Below, one piece after another: positions 39,793 to 52,150 of a DNA stretch of 64,000 nucleotides. Both the position numbers and the translations under genes were made by a program. Source of the stretch: Phoronis australis. Lineage: Eukaryota; Animalia; Phoronida. Below the pieces are notes generated by a model, which did no database searches, was not told the DNA's origin, and saw nothing but the letters and a program-made list of their open reading frames with translations. The DNA lies in assembly GCA_002633005.1 (NCBI GenBank), contig NMRA01000977.1, positions 3,288 to 67,287 of the forward strand, in the 5' to 3' direction. How positions within the stretch are numbered: the stretch's first letter is position 1; every line of letters starts with the position of its first letter.

Positions 39793-41001
39793 TGTGTGTG
39801 CTCACCACTCAACAGCTATGTTGTGAATTAAAAAAAATAGCGTGTGTTGTACTTTGCAATCATTCCACTAAATCCTCCTATAAAACAAAAAATTGTTACT
39901 TAATACAACTCGCAGAAAGTTAACGTTAAAAAATTTTTACAAAAATTCTCTGTATACATCCGTCACGCCCCTTTAAAGGCAATTTTCTCAGTCATATAAA
40001 AAGATACGGGGAAAGTTAAACATGCTTTGAAAGCTATCAATGAGACCTATCAATTGATGTATTAATTGTTTTCCTAGCATGAACACTTTTTCACAATCGA
40101 TCAAGCCGTTCTCTGATTGTACATTTGTCACAAATGGAATTGCCCTCTAACATTTTCCTCGCATTTGTGATATTGGATCGGCAAGACATAAAATGCTGTA
40201 CCAAAATACGTAATCAAATACTATGTATCTGTGCAAGACATTTACTGTCATGTTTCTCTGGAATATAAATGCCTCAGGAGCATCAGCTTCCAATGTTCAG
40301 GCCAAAGAGTACGTCCATCATACACTGTCAGACCTTGGCCAATTTTTCCTGAACAATTCTTCCATCTATTCACTTGTAACTTAAGCGCCTTTCATATGTG
40401 CTCACTGCTGAAGGCGACAAATGCTCCCGCTACCACTTCTCGTTTGTCCTTACCCCCCTACCCTCACTCCTCAAGGTGGGTAGGTTAGGAGGCAAAAATT
40501 GTTAAAGCACTGATGCACTGTGAAGTTAAATAACTATGTGAAATGTTTTAATGTTACATTTTACAGTGGTAAGCCTTTCAAGTTGCATTTTCTGTAATTT
40601 GAAATTTTACTTCCATTGCCATGCGAGAAATGTATCATTGTTACATTTTATGAAAGTAAATGACAAGTGGTATATGACACGGCTGTTGATACTTGAATAT
40701 TTTTGGATGAGGGGTGTCGCCCAAAAATTTGGTGACCTACTCATGTAGAGAATGGGCTTGGACAAAAAATGTTAAACATTTAGAGAGTAATTTTGTGTAA
40801 AAATTAACATTTTCGCAGCTCTGTTTCAAAAATTCAGTGTTCTCCATGACCTGTTTTGACTCTACGCGGTAACTAGTGCGTCAAGTTCAAAAATTGGTTT
40901 AAAACCTTTGCTGGCTTGGTACTTCAGCCATCAGCATCAAATCTGAGCCTGATTTTACCAACAGTAAACAGTTCACTTTACTGAGAGGCAGTTAAACAGT
41001 A

Positions 41002-41740
41002 CAGTATTTGCTGTAATAAGGTGCCCGGGGCGCTTAGTAAAATTTCGTTTTAGGGGCGAGACGCTTATTGTAACCCAAGGCAGTTGAAACCCGTTCTCCG
41101 AACAGGTGAAATCGGAAGCTAGGATTAATCAAATTTGCGCTATGTGATGTATCTGTAGCCTGTGACAGACTTTATACAAAACTGGGGCGCTGCTACCCAA
41201 CTTCATTGTTAAATTACGATTTTACAGAAAATTGTGATGAAATCCCAGGGTGAATACTCACCGCTGCGTCGCGATCGTCGACAGGGCAGCTCGAATAAAA
41301 ATATATTATCGACTCTACAAATTACCTGAAATCCTCACTTAAGTTTTCCAAATAGCGTCCCTAAGGTTTTAAGTTCCTGTGGAGCTGGTGTTAAGAACAA
41401 CATAGGTTCAAATCCGCGCAAGATCATACCCAGCAACATGACAAAAATCTCCGGACGAACACACGTCACAGTCAAGTGACCTTTGTTTTGAAGATCGTCT
41501 AGGTGTGTGAGTGAGCGAGCGCACGTGTGTGTCATCAGCGTTCGTTTGCCAGAGTAAACGCAATTTAACGATGTAGGCGTATATTGTAATTAAAGAAATA
41601 ACAAGCAGCATCATGAGAACTCATTTATTTAGCACTTAATGGTCACATCAACTATTAAAACGTGCGAGAATTGTCTCGGTAGGGCCTAAGACCGAACGTC
41701 ATTGAGTCGCTGGGTGAATATAGTTGTTTGGTCATGTAAA
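41002..41740 (+). mobile_element. Diverged, truncated CCGTA-TIR MITE
   Basis: Homologous to 19235-19990; degenerate TIR CAGTATTTGCTGTAATAA. Confidence 0.75.
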
Positions 41741-41744
41741 CTAC

Positions 41745-42510
41745 CAGGATTTTCCGTAGATAAGCCCTGTCGGAAAAGTAACCTGAATAATTAATTAGTT
41801 TTATAACATCTGGTGTCAAGTGTCTATATAGTGAGGCTTTCATTTGGAAAAATTCTTAAAAACCCATTCATTGGACCAAGTATCAGGCACAAATTAATTT
41901 TATGGAACATTTATCATTTATAAACATGGACAAAGTGTTCGCGACCTATGTATTTATTAACGTAAAATTAAAAAAGCACAGTTTTATGTTAAAAGTCAGT
42001 GGAGGCCGACTTTCCGTTCTACGTGCTCTCCTTTGGGAAGAAACACGCAGGCGTTAATTTGGTGTTACTGAAACGATTGATAATTTTAATTCTGCGAATA
42101 CATGCCCGTGCTTTTTTACAGAAAATGGAGTAACTTCCTCATTTCCCATATGTATGATTCATCTCGTTTCAATGACTGTAGGTGACAGCATGACTGACCA
42201 GAAGCTGCAACTGAAGAAGTGGACCATTAGTTGGATGACATCACATGGATAATGGCATGAGAACCACATGTACTGAAGCACTCACTTGCTGTACATCTAT
42301 AGGCTGTGTTGTGGTTTGTTAACTATAAATATTTCAATTTGTCTACTTTCTAAAGCCAATTATTGAAATAGTGTTGCGTAGTATCGGTACTTATCTCAAT
42401 ATTTTATGGTGAAAATGATTGTGACATGCTTAGCAAATGAACAATAATGCGCAAGTTGTTTTTGTTCATCAAGAGAATAGGAAGGTTTGGGCTTAAATAA
42501 ATGATGTGCA
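41745..42510. repeat. Segment duplicated at 61400-64000
   Basis: Colinear similarity (GTAGATAAGCCCTGTCGGAAAA ... GAATAGGAAG). Confidence 0.9.
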
Positions 42511-42728
42511 GTTTACACCATGATTGAATTTTTGGTCAAAGAGATCCTTGAGTTTTTGTTGTATTGTCAACATTCTGCTATCAATGAATCACACTTGCTC
42601 TATGCCGTGTTATGTAGATGTAAGTGGGAGATGGTGGTGTGATCATGAACTTCGTTTTCTTATTTTGCAAAAAATCTTTGTGTTTTAGCATTTTTGGGAG
42701 TTTTTTGTGTCAACAGTAAGCAGGCCTG

Positions 42729-43113
42729 GGCCCGGTCTCCAATCTTACTCGAAATGGAACTCGAAATTAGATTTGGCATTTTCTACTCTACTTTTGGGCG
42801 AACTCAAGATAAGTGTCTATTATTCTATGCTCGAGTACACAATAACTTACGTAGATAATTTATTGCCCTTAGTTCACAGTTTGTAAACCCAATATTAAAG
42901 CAATAAGTTCGAGTTTGAACTCTAGTTAGTAGCACGAATATAAGGGTCTTCAAGGGCAACCTTGAACTAGAAACTCCTATGCATAAACTAGTATTCGAGC
43001 ACAGTCTGATAACCAATTTTCTTAAGTTCGCACAAAAGGAGCAGAGAAATTGCCAAAAATAGTTTCGAGTTCGTTTCGAGTTCGTTTCGAGTACAAAGAT
43101 TAGAGACCGGGCC
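42729..43113. mobile_element. Harbinger-type MITE
   Basis: TIR GGCCCGGTCTC...GAGACCGGGCC; 3-bp TSD CTG. Confidence 0.85.
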
Positions 43114-43860
43114 CTGGTTTATATGTGTGGTTACATTAGGTGATCATTTATCATCTGCAGGAAATAACAGATTAATTTCACTTGCAGGTGATAAAACAAG
43201 ACCACTGGTGTGGAGGAGAGCAGGTGACAGTTGGGAATTCCTCTGTGAAATTGGAGGTGAAAGGTATTTAATAACGGTAAGTTATGATTATGGCAAATTT
43301 ATGCTATTGAGTGTACTCCTACATTGATTCTTTTTCAGGATTATCCTTCAAACAACTCCAAGTTATGCACAAGTTACAAAACAAAATAATTAAGTGGAAC
43401 GTTTTAGAAACAATTCATAAGAACTTTTCATAGAGAACTGCGTCGAGCATAATTATATTTGAGAGTTTTGTGTTACTGCGTTCACACGATGGGACGTTTT
43501 CCAGGGCCTGCATGACCTTGGACAAGAAAATGCATTCAAATTTTTATGTTAATTGGGCAACCTTGTTTTCTTCTAACCAGCCTCTATTATTGTGTGCTAA
43601 GCAACGTCTTAGCAGGAAAGCAATGCATTCCTCTGCTTGCTGTGAAATCTTCTGAGTATCCAGCTAGCCATGCGATGTGAAGTGGTTGTATGTAGTTGTA
43701 TATAAATATACAGCCACAGTTAGGTCAAGAGTGAAACTATAGTGTTGAAGGCTTGTGTCTGAGGACAAAATACGGACAAGGCATCAATGTGGCTCAATTG
43801 GAAATAATTTAGGAAAAAATGTAGGAACTCTATTTCAAAAAGAAAATTTCTATCCCAGCA

Positions 43861-44927
43861 CAGGGTTCAACATTAACTTTTTAAGCCCGAAGGGCAAGTA
43901 GTTGAAATTTTTACTTGCCCGAACAACAAATTCACTTGCCCCAAGTACAATCCCAAATAGCACAGTGCATGTGCACACCTAGGTAATGTGTTACCGTAGG
44001 GCTGCCTGCTCTGAGCCTCCTCTTGTGTCGTGCATGCTATGAGTTAAAATCAAATTTTAACATACAATAATGCCACGTATACTTTTATTTTCGATAAATA
44101 ATTACATTTTTGAAAAATAGATAGACCGCGAAAAAGTCACGCTTCAGAAGTTCAGAGCGACAATCCTGAAGACCGTATTCCTCTTCTTTCGGGAGTCACC
44201 AGCGGGAGCCGGGAATTCATAAGAATTTCCTTTAGAATTCCCCCTGAATAAATACCAGGCCTTTAAAACTGCTGTGTAGTGTAGAAAATATGTGGTCAAT
44301 CATTCACTCTTTAGGTTTTGTGCTTATCTGTATGACTTACACGTCCGCCGACGAACGCGGTGCTTCCAGCTCGGTACATGGGTAAACGCCGGCAAAAATC
44401 ACACGTCATCCCTAGTTCACTGTCTCGCAGGACAGGAAACCTAACTTCCCATGACGGAAACCATCCCCGCACTCTTTTTGTTTCATATTGTTGCTTTGAT
44501 TCTTCCGGAACTCGTTTTTTAGCATCTGGACGGCTTCCTTGTTTGGACGTTTTGCCAGAGTGCAGACGATCAGTAGTATCACGTGACAACTTATTCAGAA
44601 ACTGCAGGGCACGTTCAGAGAATCTAAAGGATTTGACCGCGGGTGTCATCTGTGCACGCTGCATCACACTCGTTCTATTTTCCTTTCAGCGCTCATTCGA
44701 AGACGAGAGTTTCTTTGACGGCCACACAGGCTTTTTCGATGGTTTTTAGGCTTGTGTCGGGGTTCGTTACTTTGTAGCAAATGTCGAGCAGACAATCTTA
44801 GGATCTCCGTGCCTATGCAGCTAGCTTTTTAACTTCCCCATCGGGCAAGTACTTTTCAAATTCCACTTGCCCGACGCAAAATCTACATGTACACGGGCAA
44901 TCGGGCAACCGTTAGTGTTGAGCCCTG
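43861..44927 (-). mobile_element. hAT-like (hAT5-type) deletion derivative with TTF-type zinc finger remnant
   Basis: TIR CAGGGTTCAACATTAAC...GTTAGTGTTGAGCCCTG; TSD CAGCA/TAGCA; ORF 44311-44667 with KRVRGWFPSW..RFP.L.....GMTCDFCR..AFVGG. Confidence 0.85.
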
Positions 44928-45147
44928 TAGCACCTTTTAATTGACTACAGATTAGATATCTGATGTAGGAATCGAGATTTAATTTTTCTGCTATCAGTGA
45001 ATCACACTTGCTCTGGGCCGTGTTATGTAGATGTAAGTCTATTGTAGGAGATGGTGTTGTGATCATGAACTTCGTTTTCTTATTTTGCAAAAAACTTTGT
45101 GTTTTCGCATTTTTGGGAGCTTTTTGTGTCAACAGTAAGCAGGCCTG

Positions 45148-45527
45148 GGCCCGGTCTCCAATTTTTTTACTCGAAATGGAACTCGAAATTAGATTTGGCA
45201 TTTTCTACTCTACTTTTGGGCGAACTCAAGATAAGTGTCTATTATTCTATGCTCGAGTACACAATAACTTGCGTAGATAATTTATTGCCCTTAGTTCACA
45301 GTTTGTAAACCCAATATTAAAGCAATAAGTTCGAGTTTGAACTAGCGTTTGTAGCACGAATATAAGGGTCTTCAAGGGCAAACTTGAACTAGAAACTCCT
45401 ATGCATAAACTATAATGTATTCGAGCACAGTCTGATAACCAATTATCTTAAGTTCGCACAAAGGGAGCAGAGAAATTGCCAAAAATAGTTCGAGTTCGTT
45501 TCGAGTACAAAGATTAGAGACCGGGCC
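45148..45527. mobile_element. Harbinger-type MITE (duplicated copy)
   Basis: Same TIRs and CTG TSD as 42729-43113. Confidence 0.85.
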
Positions 45528-46329
45528 CTGGTTTATATGTGTGGTTACTGGAGGTGATCATTTATCATCTGCAGAAAATAACAGATTGGTTTCACTTGCA
45601 GGTGATAAAACAAGACCACTGCATAGTGTGGAGGAGAGTAGTTGACAGTTGGCAATTGCTCTGTGAAATTAGAGGTGAAAGGCATTTAATAACGGTAAGT
45701 TACGATTATGGCAAATTTATGCTATTGAGTGTACTCCTACTTTAATTTTTTTTCAGGATTAGCCTTCAAACAACTCCAAGTTATGCACAAGTTACAAAAC
45801 AAAATAATTAAGTGGAACGTTTTAGAAACAATTCATAAGAACTTTTCATAGAGAACTGCGTCGAGCATAATTATATTTGAGAGTTTTGTGTTGATGCGTT
45901 CACACGATGGAACGTTTTCCAAGGCCTGCATGACCTTGGACGAGAAAATGCATTAAAATTTTGATGTGAATTGGGCAACCTTTTTTTCTTCTTACCAGCC
46001 TCTATTAATGTGTGCTAAGCAACGTCTAACCAGGGTAGCAATGCATTCCTCTGCTTGCTGTGAAATCATCTTGAGTATCCAGCTAGCCATGCGATGTGAA
46101 GTGGTTGTATGTAGTTGTATATAAATATGCAGTGACATTTAGGTCAAGAGTGAAACTATAGTGTTGAAGGCTTGTGTCTGGGGACAAAATACAGACAAGG
46201 CATCAATGTGGCTCAATTGGAAATAATTTAGGAAAAATGTAGTAACTCCGTCTATTTCAAAAAGGGAATTTCTATCCCAGCACCTTTTTAAGTGACTACA
46301 GATTACAGATATCTGATGTAGGAATCAGG

Positions 46330-47490
46330 CAAAATGAGAGATTTCGATGCCAAATCTTGTGATTTTGACTCGAAACCTTCTCTAATTGTGCACATGTATT
46401 GAAAGGCTACTTTCCACATTTGGCCTCCTCTGGAAGTAGACTTAAACATCCTCCCTGACCATTCAGTGTAACTATGTAGAAGTTGAATGATGGCCAGGTC
46501 CATTATCTCGCTATGCTAAAGATGGTGGCCAAGAGACATTTTCTGCACTCTGAGACTTCTCAGGGAAGTAATTTTAAGAGTGGAATCATAGACGACATAT
46601 TCCCTCAATCTGTGAGAGAGATTAATTATTGTTACAGTGAGAGAGATTAAATGAACATAAATTATGAAAGCAATTCATTATGCCTAAATTTTTAAAAGCG
46701 TTCAAAACTTCAGAAGACAAATCATTGGTACAGGTGGTTGTGTAGTCCCACCAAAATATTCGATAAGTTAGTTTATCCTCTTCGAAATTGATGATATGAT
46801 TCCACATTCTCAAAATCTCAATTTTCCGCCTAACACTGGGAAATTCCTACCCCACGTTACCCGTAACAGCATCACATTGTTTCTCACCGTGAGCAAAATT
46901 AGAAGCGAATTTGTGAACCCCCAAGAAAGATTGTGGCTCTATTCTGAATGACGTCATAATCTTGTAAACTAGAGCCACCCCAGACACCTACACAATAATT
47001 GCTAACAGGTACAACATTAAATAAATTAAACATTGAATATTGTGGTGAATGTTCTGTACTTCACTTGAATTTATTAAATAAAGCCCTAATGATCTTCCAG
47101 AATTTCGAATAGCAGTTTCATATAACATGTTCATTTAAAATTACTCCTAAATATTTACATTTGAGTACATACTAGTCTAGGTCTAGTTGACCCAGCCGAA
47201 ATGGATGTCAACTATGAGAGACATGTTTGGATGTGAAGTGAACAATATTAGTTTTCTCTTGGTTAATAGTTAGCCTCTATTTAGAGCATCATTCGTCAAC
47301 TATATTCAGTAATACCCGTAGATTTTCTTGCTCTTGACAAGTACTACTATATCATCTGCATGAAATAGAGCTGAAACACCAGTGGGAATTCCTAAATTTG
47401 TCCGTTTCAATTCTGTCGAGAATTGGGTTATGGCATATATATTTCTAACCGATTGATAAAACCTCCCAACTATTTTCAGATCCAGCAATT
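46330..47490 (-). pseudogene. Degenerate LINE reverse transcriptase, C-terminal part
   Basis: SALFHADDIVVL (YADD-like); RMWNHII..EEDKLTYRIF.WD; many stops. Confidence 0.75.
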
Positions 47491-48789
47491 AAAAAAGTAA
47501 ACTGTTTATATTTACCCAGCCTAAGGCTATTTGCATATAAATAAATAAAAGCCGCAAACCTTTGGATCTAGTCATGATTCCGAGTTAGTATGTTAACTAG
47601 CCTTTGTCAGAAGTAATAGTATTCCTTACTTACAAACTGCCTGAAAACAAGTATTGTATTCAAACTACAATGGCTGTGCTTGTTTGGAACAGGCATGCTT
47701 TCACATTTGAATTGTAAAATTGATGGTAAAACAAGGCATTGTGTACTAAACAACAATGTACAACAATTATTTTTGCAGTTCCACCAAAGTGTGCAAGTAG
47801 TGAGTATTTTCTGAAATTTCATCCAATGAAAAATTCAACTCCTTATAACATCAAACAACTGTTCTGGAACACACGATTTCTATTTCTTTTTGAAAACTTT
47901 TTTATTCTTGAACATAAATTTGATGAAAACAGCAGGCTACTTACAACATTTTACAGAAATAAGAAGTCAGAAAATTCCTTTGCTCTGCCCCAGACCAAAC
48001 ACTAGTTTGCCAATAACCCACTGTCTAAAAGAAAAATAATGTTAGGACTTCTGAGTGGTGAAAATCAGAAAATGACAAAAATGGATAAACATTATTTAGT
48101 TGTAGGAGTCTGATACAACTCGTGTGAATAATGTGTCATAACGCTTAACATCAAGGGTAGCTACACAATTTTTATACATTATTTTATTGAATTAAGCAAA
48201 TAATTTGTTTTTGAGAAACAACATCTCCACAAAGATCGACAATAATATTTTGAAACTGGTGGTAAAAAAAATCAAACTAGGTCGCGAACTTTTCCTCATC
48301 ATGATAGGACAAGAACTTCGAAATTATAGTTGCTCAAGAATTTTGCAAACATGTTATTTTATAATTTTCAACCCTTTCAGGTCATTTCTAGTCATTTACA
48401 GTTTGCAGTGCAAGAACAGAAGCATAAAATTTTTGGTACTTGGCACTTCATTTTTTTCCGCAAAATTTTGAAATGTCTATGTTATCAATTTACATGGCTT
48501 GCTTTGGAGTGTCGGTAAAAATGTTCCAGTTACAAAAATCAGTTAACGCTTTCGAAACGAACCCGGCCAAACCCGGCCGTTGCCGTAAAGCAACCAACCC
48601 GGCTCAAACCGGTCGACCTTACCTTCATAAATACAGTTCCAGTCCATTTACGCATATTCTCGAGTCTGAATGTTATTTCTGTTGTAAACATCTGTCTGTT
48701 CGTCCTACCACATTTCACGATGTCTGACAATTGATTCTGAAGTTTTTTGAGGTAATTTTCTGGTAATTTTTGAACTTGTTTCTGAAAAT

Positions 48790-49290
48790 TTAAATGTCTC
48801 GTGGCTTCCGGTGAAAACAACGCCTATAGCAGTGACAGTGACGCTAGTTTCGGCGGTTTTACGAATGCACAAGTAGCCGAATTTCATCAAATTTGTGAAG
48901 GACTTGTTGTCAATAATAAATGTGAAGGTAATATGATGTTTCGTCGACTGGGGATAAGAGCGATGATAAAATCGCCGAAGTTGCCGATCCGGCATTAGCA
49001 ACACTTGGTGCCGATTGGTCTCGGGACTTGTGCAATAATAATTTAATGGGTTTTACTGAAATACCTGGTGTTAATCATGACTTGGAACCTTCAGCCAAAC
49101 CTGTTCACTGTTTCAAACTGCTTTGCCAGATAGAATTTTTGAAATGGTGTGTCAGGGAACGAATCTTTTTGGTCAGCAGAATTTTGCAACATCACTGGAA
49201 ACAAAATGGCAGCCAACATGTCCTGATGAAATAAATTTTTTTTTCTTTATTGGAATCATGATGGGTATGAAGTAGTTGCCAATAATAAAA
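48790..49290 (+). pseudogene. piggyBac transposase N-terminal remnant
   Basis: Acidic SSDSDASFGGF; W...FTEIPGV..L...PVHCFKL; KWQPTCPDEI..F.IGIMMGM..LP. Confidence 0.65.
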
Positions 49291-50329
49291 GTAACATTTT
49301 CTAAGACAGTAAAAGTTTATTTCATGCATTACATACAATTCGAAATGTGAATTCGGAATATGACTTACCTGTACTTACCTATACCTACTTGTTTGTTGTG
49401 GCTCATTACCTTCAGGTAATGGTTTAATGGTAACCTGTGACTGTTGTTTAACATTTTGCTGAGTATGTTTTTGGTCTTAACTGTTATTGCAAGCCAAATT
49501 ATCCTATGTTTTTGGGCTTGTACATTGTGTTCATCTTTCTGCCTGTTGACTTGGTTGTTACCTGCTTGTTGTTATCTAACATATTGTCTTGGTAATGCGG
49601 TAAATACTTACTTGAATTCTTAGAATGAATTGAAGAACATTGTGTATTAATTATTTTATTGTCTAAGCAATAAAAGCAATAATAATACTGATATTTCAAA
49701 ATGAATCCAGTCTGACAAAAAAAAAACCAATGGACATTATCAAATTTGTGGGCAAAAAAATGCCACACAGGACTTGGCTGGTACTTAACATCCTAGAAGA
49801 CACGTCATGTGACAACTGATGTTGCAGAGGCAGGTTCTCTATCTCTCAAGACAACTCGCAACAAACCAACTAGTAGAGGCAGCACAAAATTTGACGTTGA
49901 TTGACTGCGTAGTGTACGTACCCCACCCCAACCAGTACTATTTTTACTGTTTACAAGTGGAACACTGGTCCTAGCATTGCTTTAACTATTTTGACCAACT
50001 GGTGAATATATTGAAAACTAAGCAAATAGCACAAATATAGTTTTTGAAAAAAGTAGTTACATGTCATTTTTTTTGTAACAATCATATTGCAAGAGAAGAA
50101 GTTCTCGTTATACTGTGTTAAGATAAGCAGTGTGTCGTCTAGAACAACTTGATCAGCACGGTAATTACTTTTCTTACTTTAGTATGTGATACTTCTTCAA
50201 TTTGATCAAGAACTTATTAAATTAACAGCTACCTTATGAATTTTGCATGGTAGAAATGGGCTGTGACTACAAGTTGTAGTGTAGGTACCCTTTTATACAA
50301 CTGTGATGCATTAGGCCATAAAATTTTAT

Positions 50330-50694
50330 TCGGTGGTTCGTGTGCAAAAATATTTAAGATTACAAACCTTTGTTACCGCGGCGTTGCCGACGACTTTCAA
50401 TTTGAAAAGCGGAAGTTGCTCTCTATGTTTCGGAAGAACGTAAATTGTCAACATTGCCGGGGCATCTGGGATAGCGTGGTGGATTTTTCAATGGCGTCTC
50501 GTGTGATTGTAAACCGCGGTGACAAATACTATGACTCTGCAGCCAAATATGTGTGGAGGTGGGAGCTTGGGAGTGGACGAACGAGCTAAAAAGACGCAGA
50601 CGCACGGTCCTGGAGGTGGTACCTTTTTTTTAGCGCGCCTGTTTTGGGCCATAAAAATTTCCGCGTTTTTCGTCATTGGACATTCCAAGCCCTG
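50330..50694. mobile_element. Partial copy of CAGGGCTTGGAAT-TIR hAT-like MITE
   Basis: Homologous to 53700-53979; ends CATTCCAAGCCCTG. Confidence 0.8.
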
Positions 50695-51299
50695 GGTACT
50701 ATAAAATAACCCAGCTTTTACAGTTATACAACAATCTTCATTTTTCACCAAAAGTGGCCACCGAATATGGACCTTTATTGTAATTTGCTTGAAAGGGGCT
50801 TTTAACAGTTAGAAATGACTCGGAAACTGACAAAACTCGAAGGAAAACGTTTTTATTGTACTTCATTTTTTTAAATATCGTATTTTTTAATTTTCAAAAA
50901 ATCCAATTTTACTTTGATTTTTTTTTGTTTCCTTACGCAATATTCTACATATTCATACCAAATATATGTACAAAATCATTATGATCTTGATTTTGTGGCA
51001 TTTTTTACGTGTTAGTTGTGGCAAGCACGCCACTTTCTGTCATTTAGTCACCTTCCGTCTAATAACTAAAAATCTGGTATGTGGATCAAAAAACCCGGGC
51101 TCGCGATTTTACTTCAGTGCTAGAGGATTTCATATTTTCCAAATTTTGTAAAAATTGACCCACGTGTTGCGGAAAAATAGGCCCGGGAATCTGTCACCAC
51201 CCTGAAATCACGAGACAGCGTTATAACTCTCCTAAGTTCGGTTTTTCATCGTTTTTCTCTTGTACCATTGATTTTGCTAATAGTAAATTCTAAATTTCT

Positions 51300-52150
51300 A
51301 TAGTTTTTCATAAATCCATTGACGTCAGCTGCTAATGAAGTTTTGTTCTCCATTCTACATTGATAAATGACATTTTTGCTATGAAAACTTCAAGATTGAT
51401 AATGTTGTTACATTCGGTATTTCCAAACCGATCTTGATCTTTAACTAAGCGGTTGTAAGGAAGTCGTCACAAATTTTTCTCCACAACTCTCGTATATACC
51501 TGCATTCCACAAATAAAATGCAATGTAGTATCTCCATGTTCAGAGGAAAATGTACTCAAGTCATTCTCTTATTAACATGAAAAAACCTTTGTTGTAATAG
51601 GATGTACGTTATTATACTGGAAATTTTGGACCAAGCAAAATCATCACCAGAAGTAACGGTTAAGTCTCTAACCCACTTTTGCAAGGCACTGTGGGCATCC
51701 TAGTTTGGGCTTTCAATTTTCTGACATCTCTTCCTCAAGTTTGAGCATTGGCAATATGCAACAGTGGAGTTGAAATGTTTGTGAATGTTCGTTTTGCATA
51801 TTCAGAGTGATAAAGGGTCTCTAACCATATTTGCAGGATTGACTTCACAAGCCTTTAATGATTCAAAAATGTTCACTTTATATCAAATTTTTTTAATGAT
51901 TGTAAACTCAGTTTTGTTCCATCACAATTTTAGTAAATCTCGCCGTTCTTAAATCTTTCTTACACCACTGTTGAATAAAATTTAGTTAAATATTTATAGC
52001 GAACCATACGGCTCATTCAGTGTAATACAAACTGAAAGGAAATATTTTACATGTCAAGGAAACATCCAGCCAAAATCTATTACCAGTAACAATGTTGAAA
52101 TTGCTTCCAAAATTATATTCCTCTTCCAGTTGGAGATGTTTGGCAAGCTG
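51300..52150 (-). pseudogene. Highly degenerate L1/Tx1-like LINE 3' remnant
   Basis: Weak motifs EP(L)W.AINI, TTLHF.C.C, NNIINL..FIAK. Confidence 0.4.

Larger units (their letters stand above)
34075..39972. mobile_element. Kolobok-type (KolobokP-like) DNA transposon with His-Me finger endonuclease, carrying two nested insertions
   Basis: TTAA at 34071-34074 and 39973-39976; RR...YY termini (weak TIR match); convergent endonuclease (+) and transposase (-). Confidence 0.75.
42573..46325. repeat. Tandem duplication of a ~1.34-kb unit (42573-44973 incl. insertion; 44985-46325)
   Basis: Colinear high identity; first copy carries an extra 1067-bp element. Confidence 0.92.
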
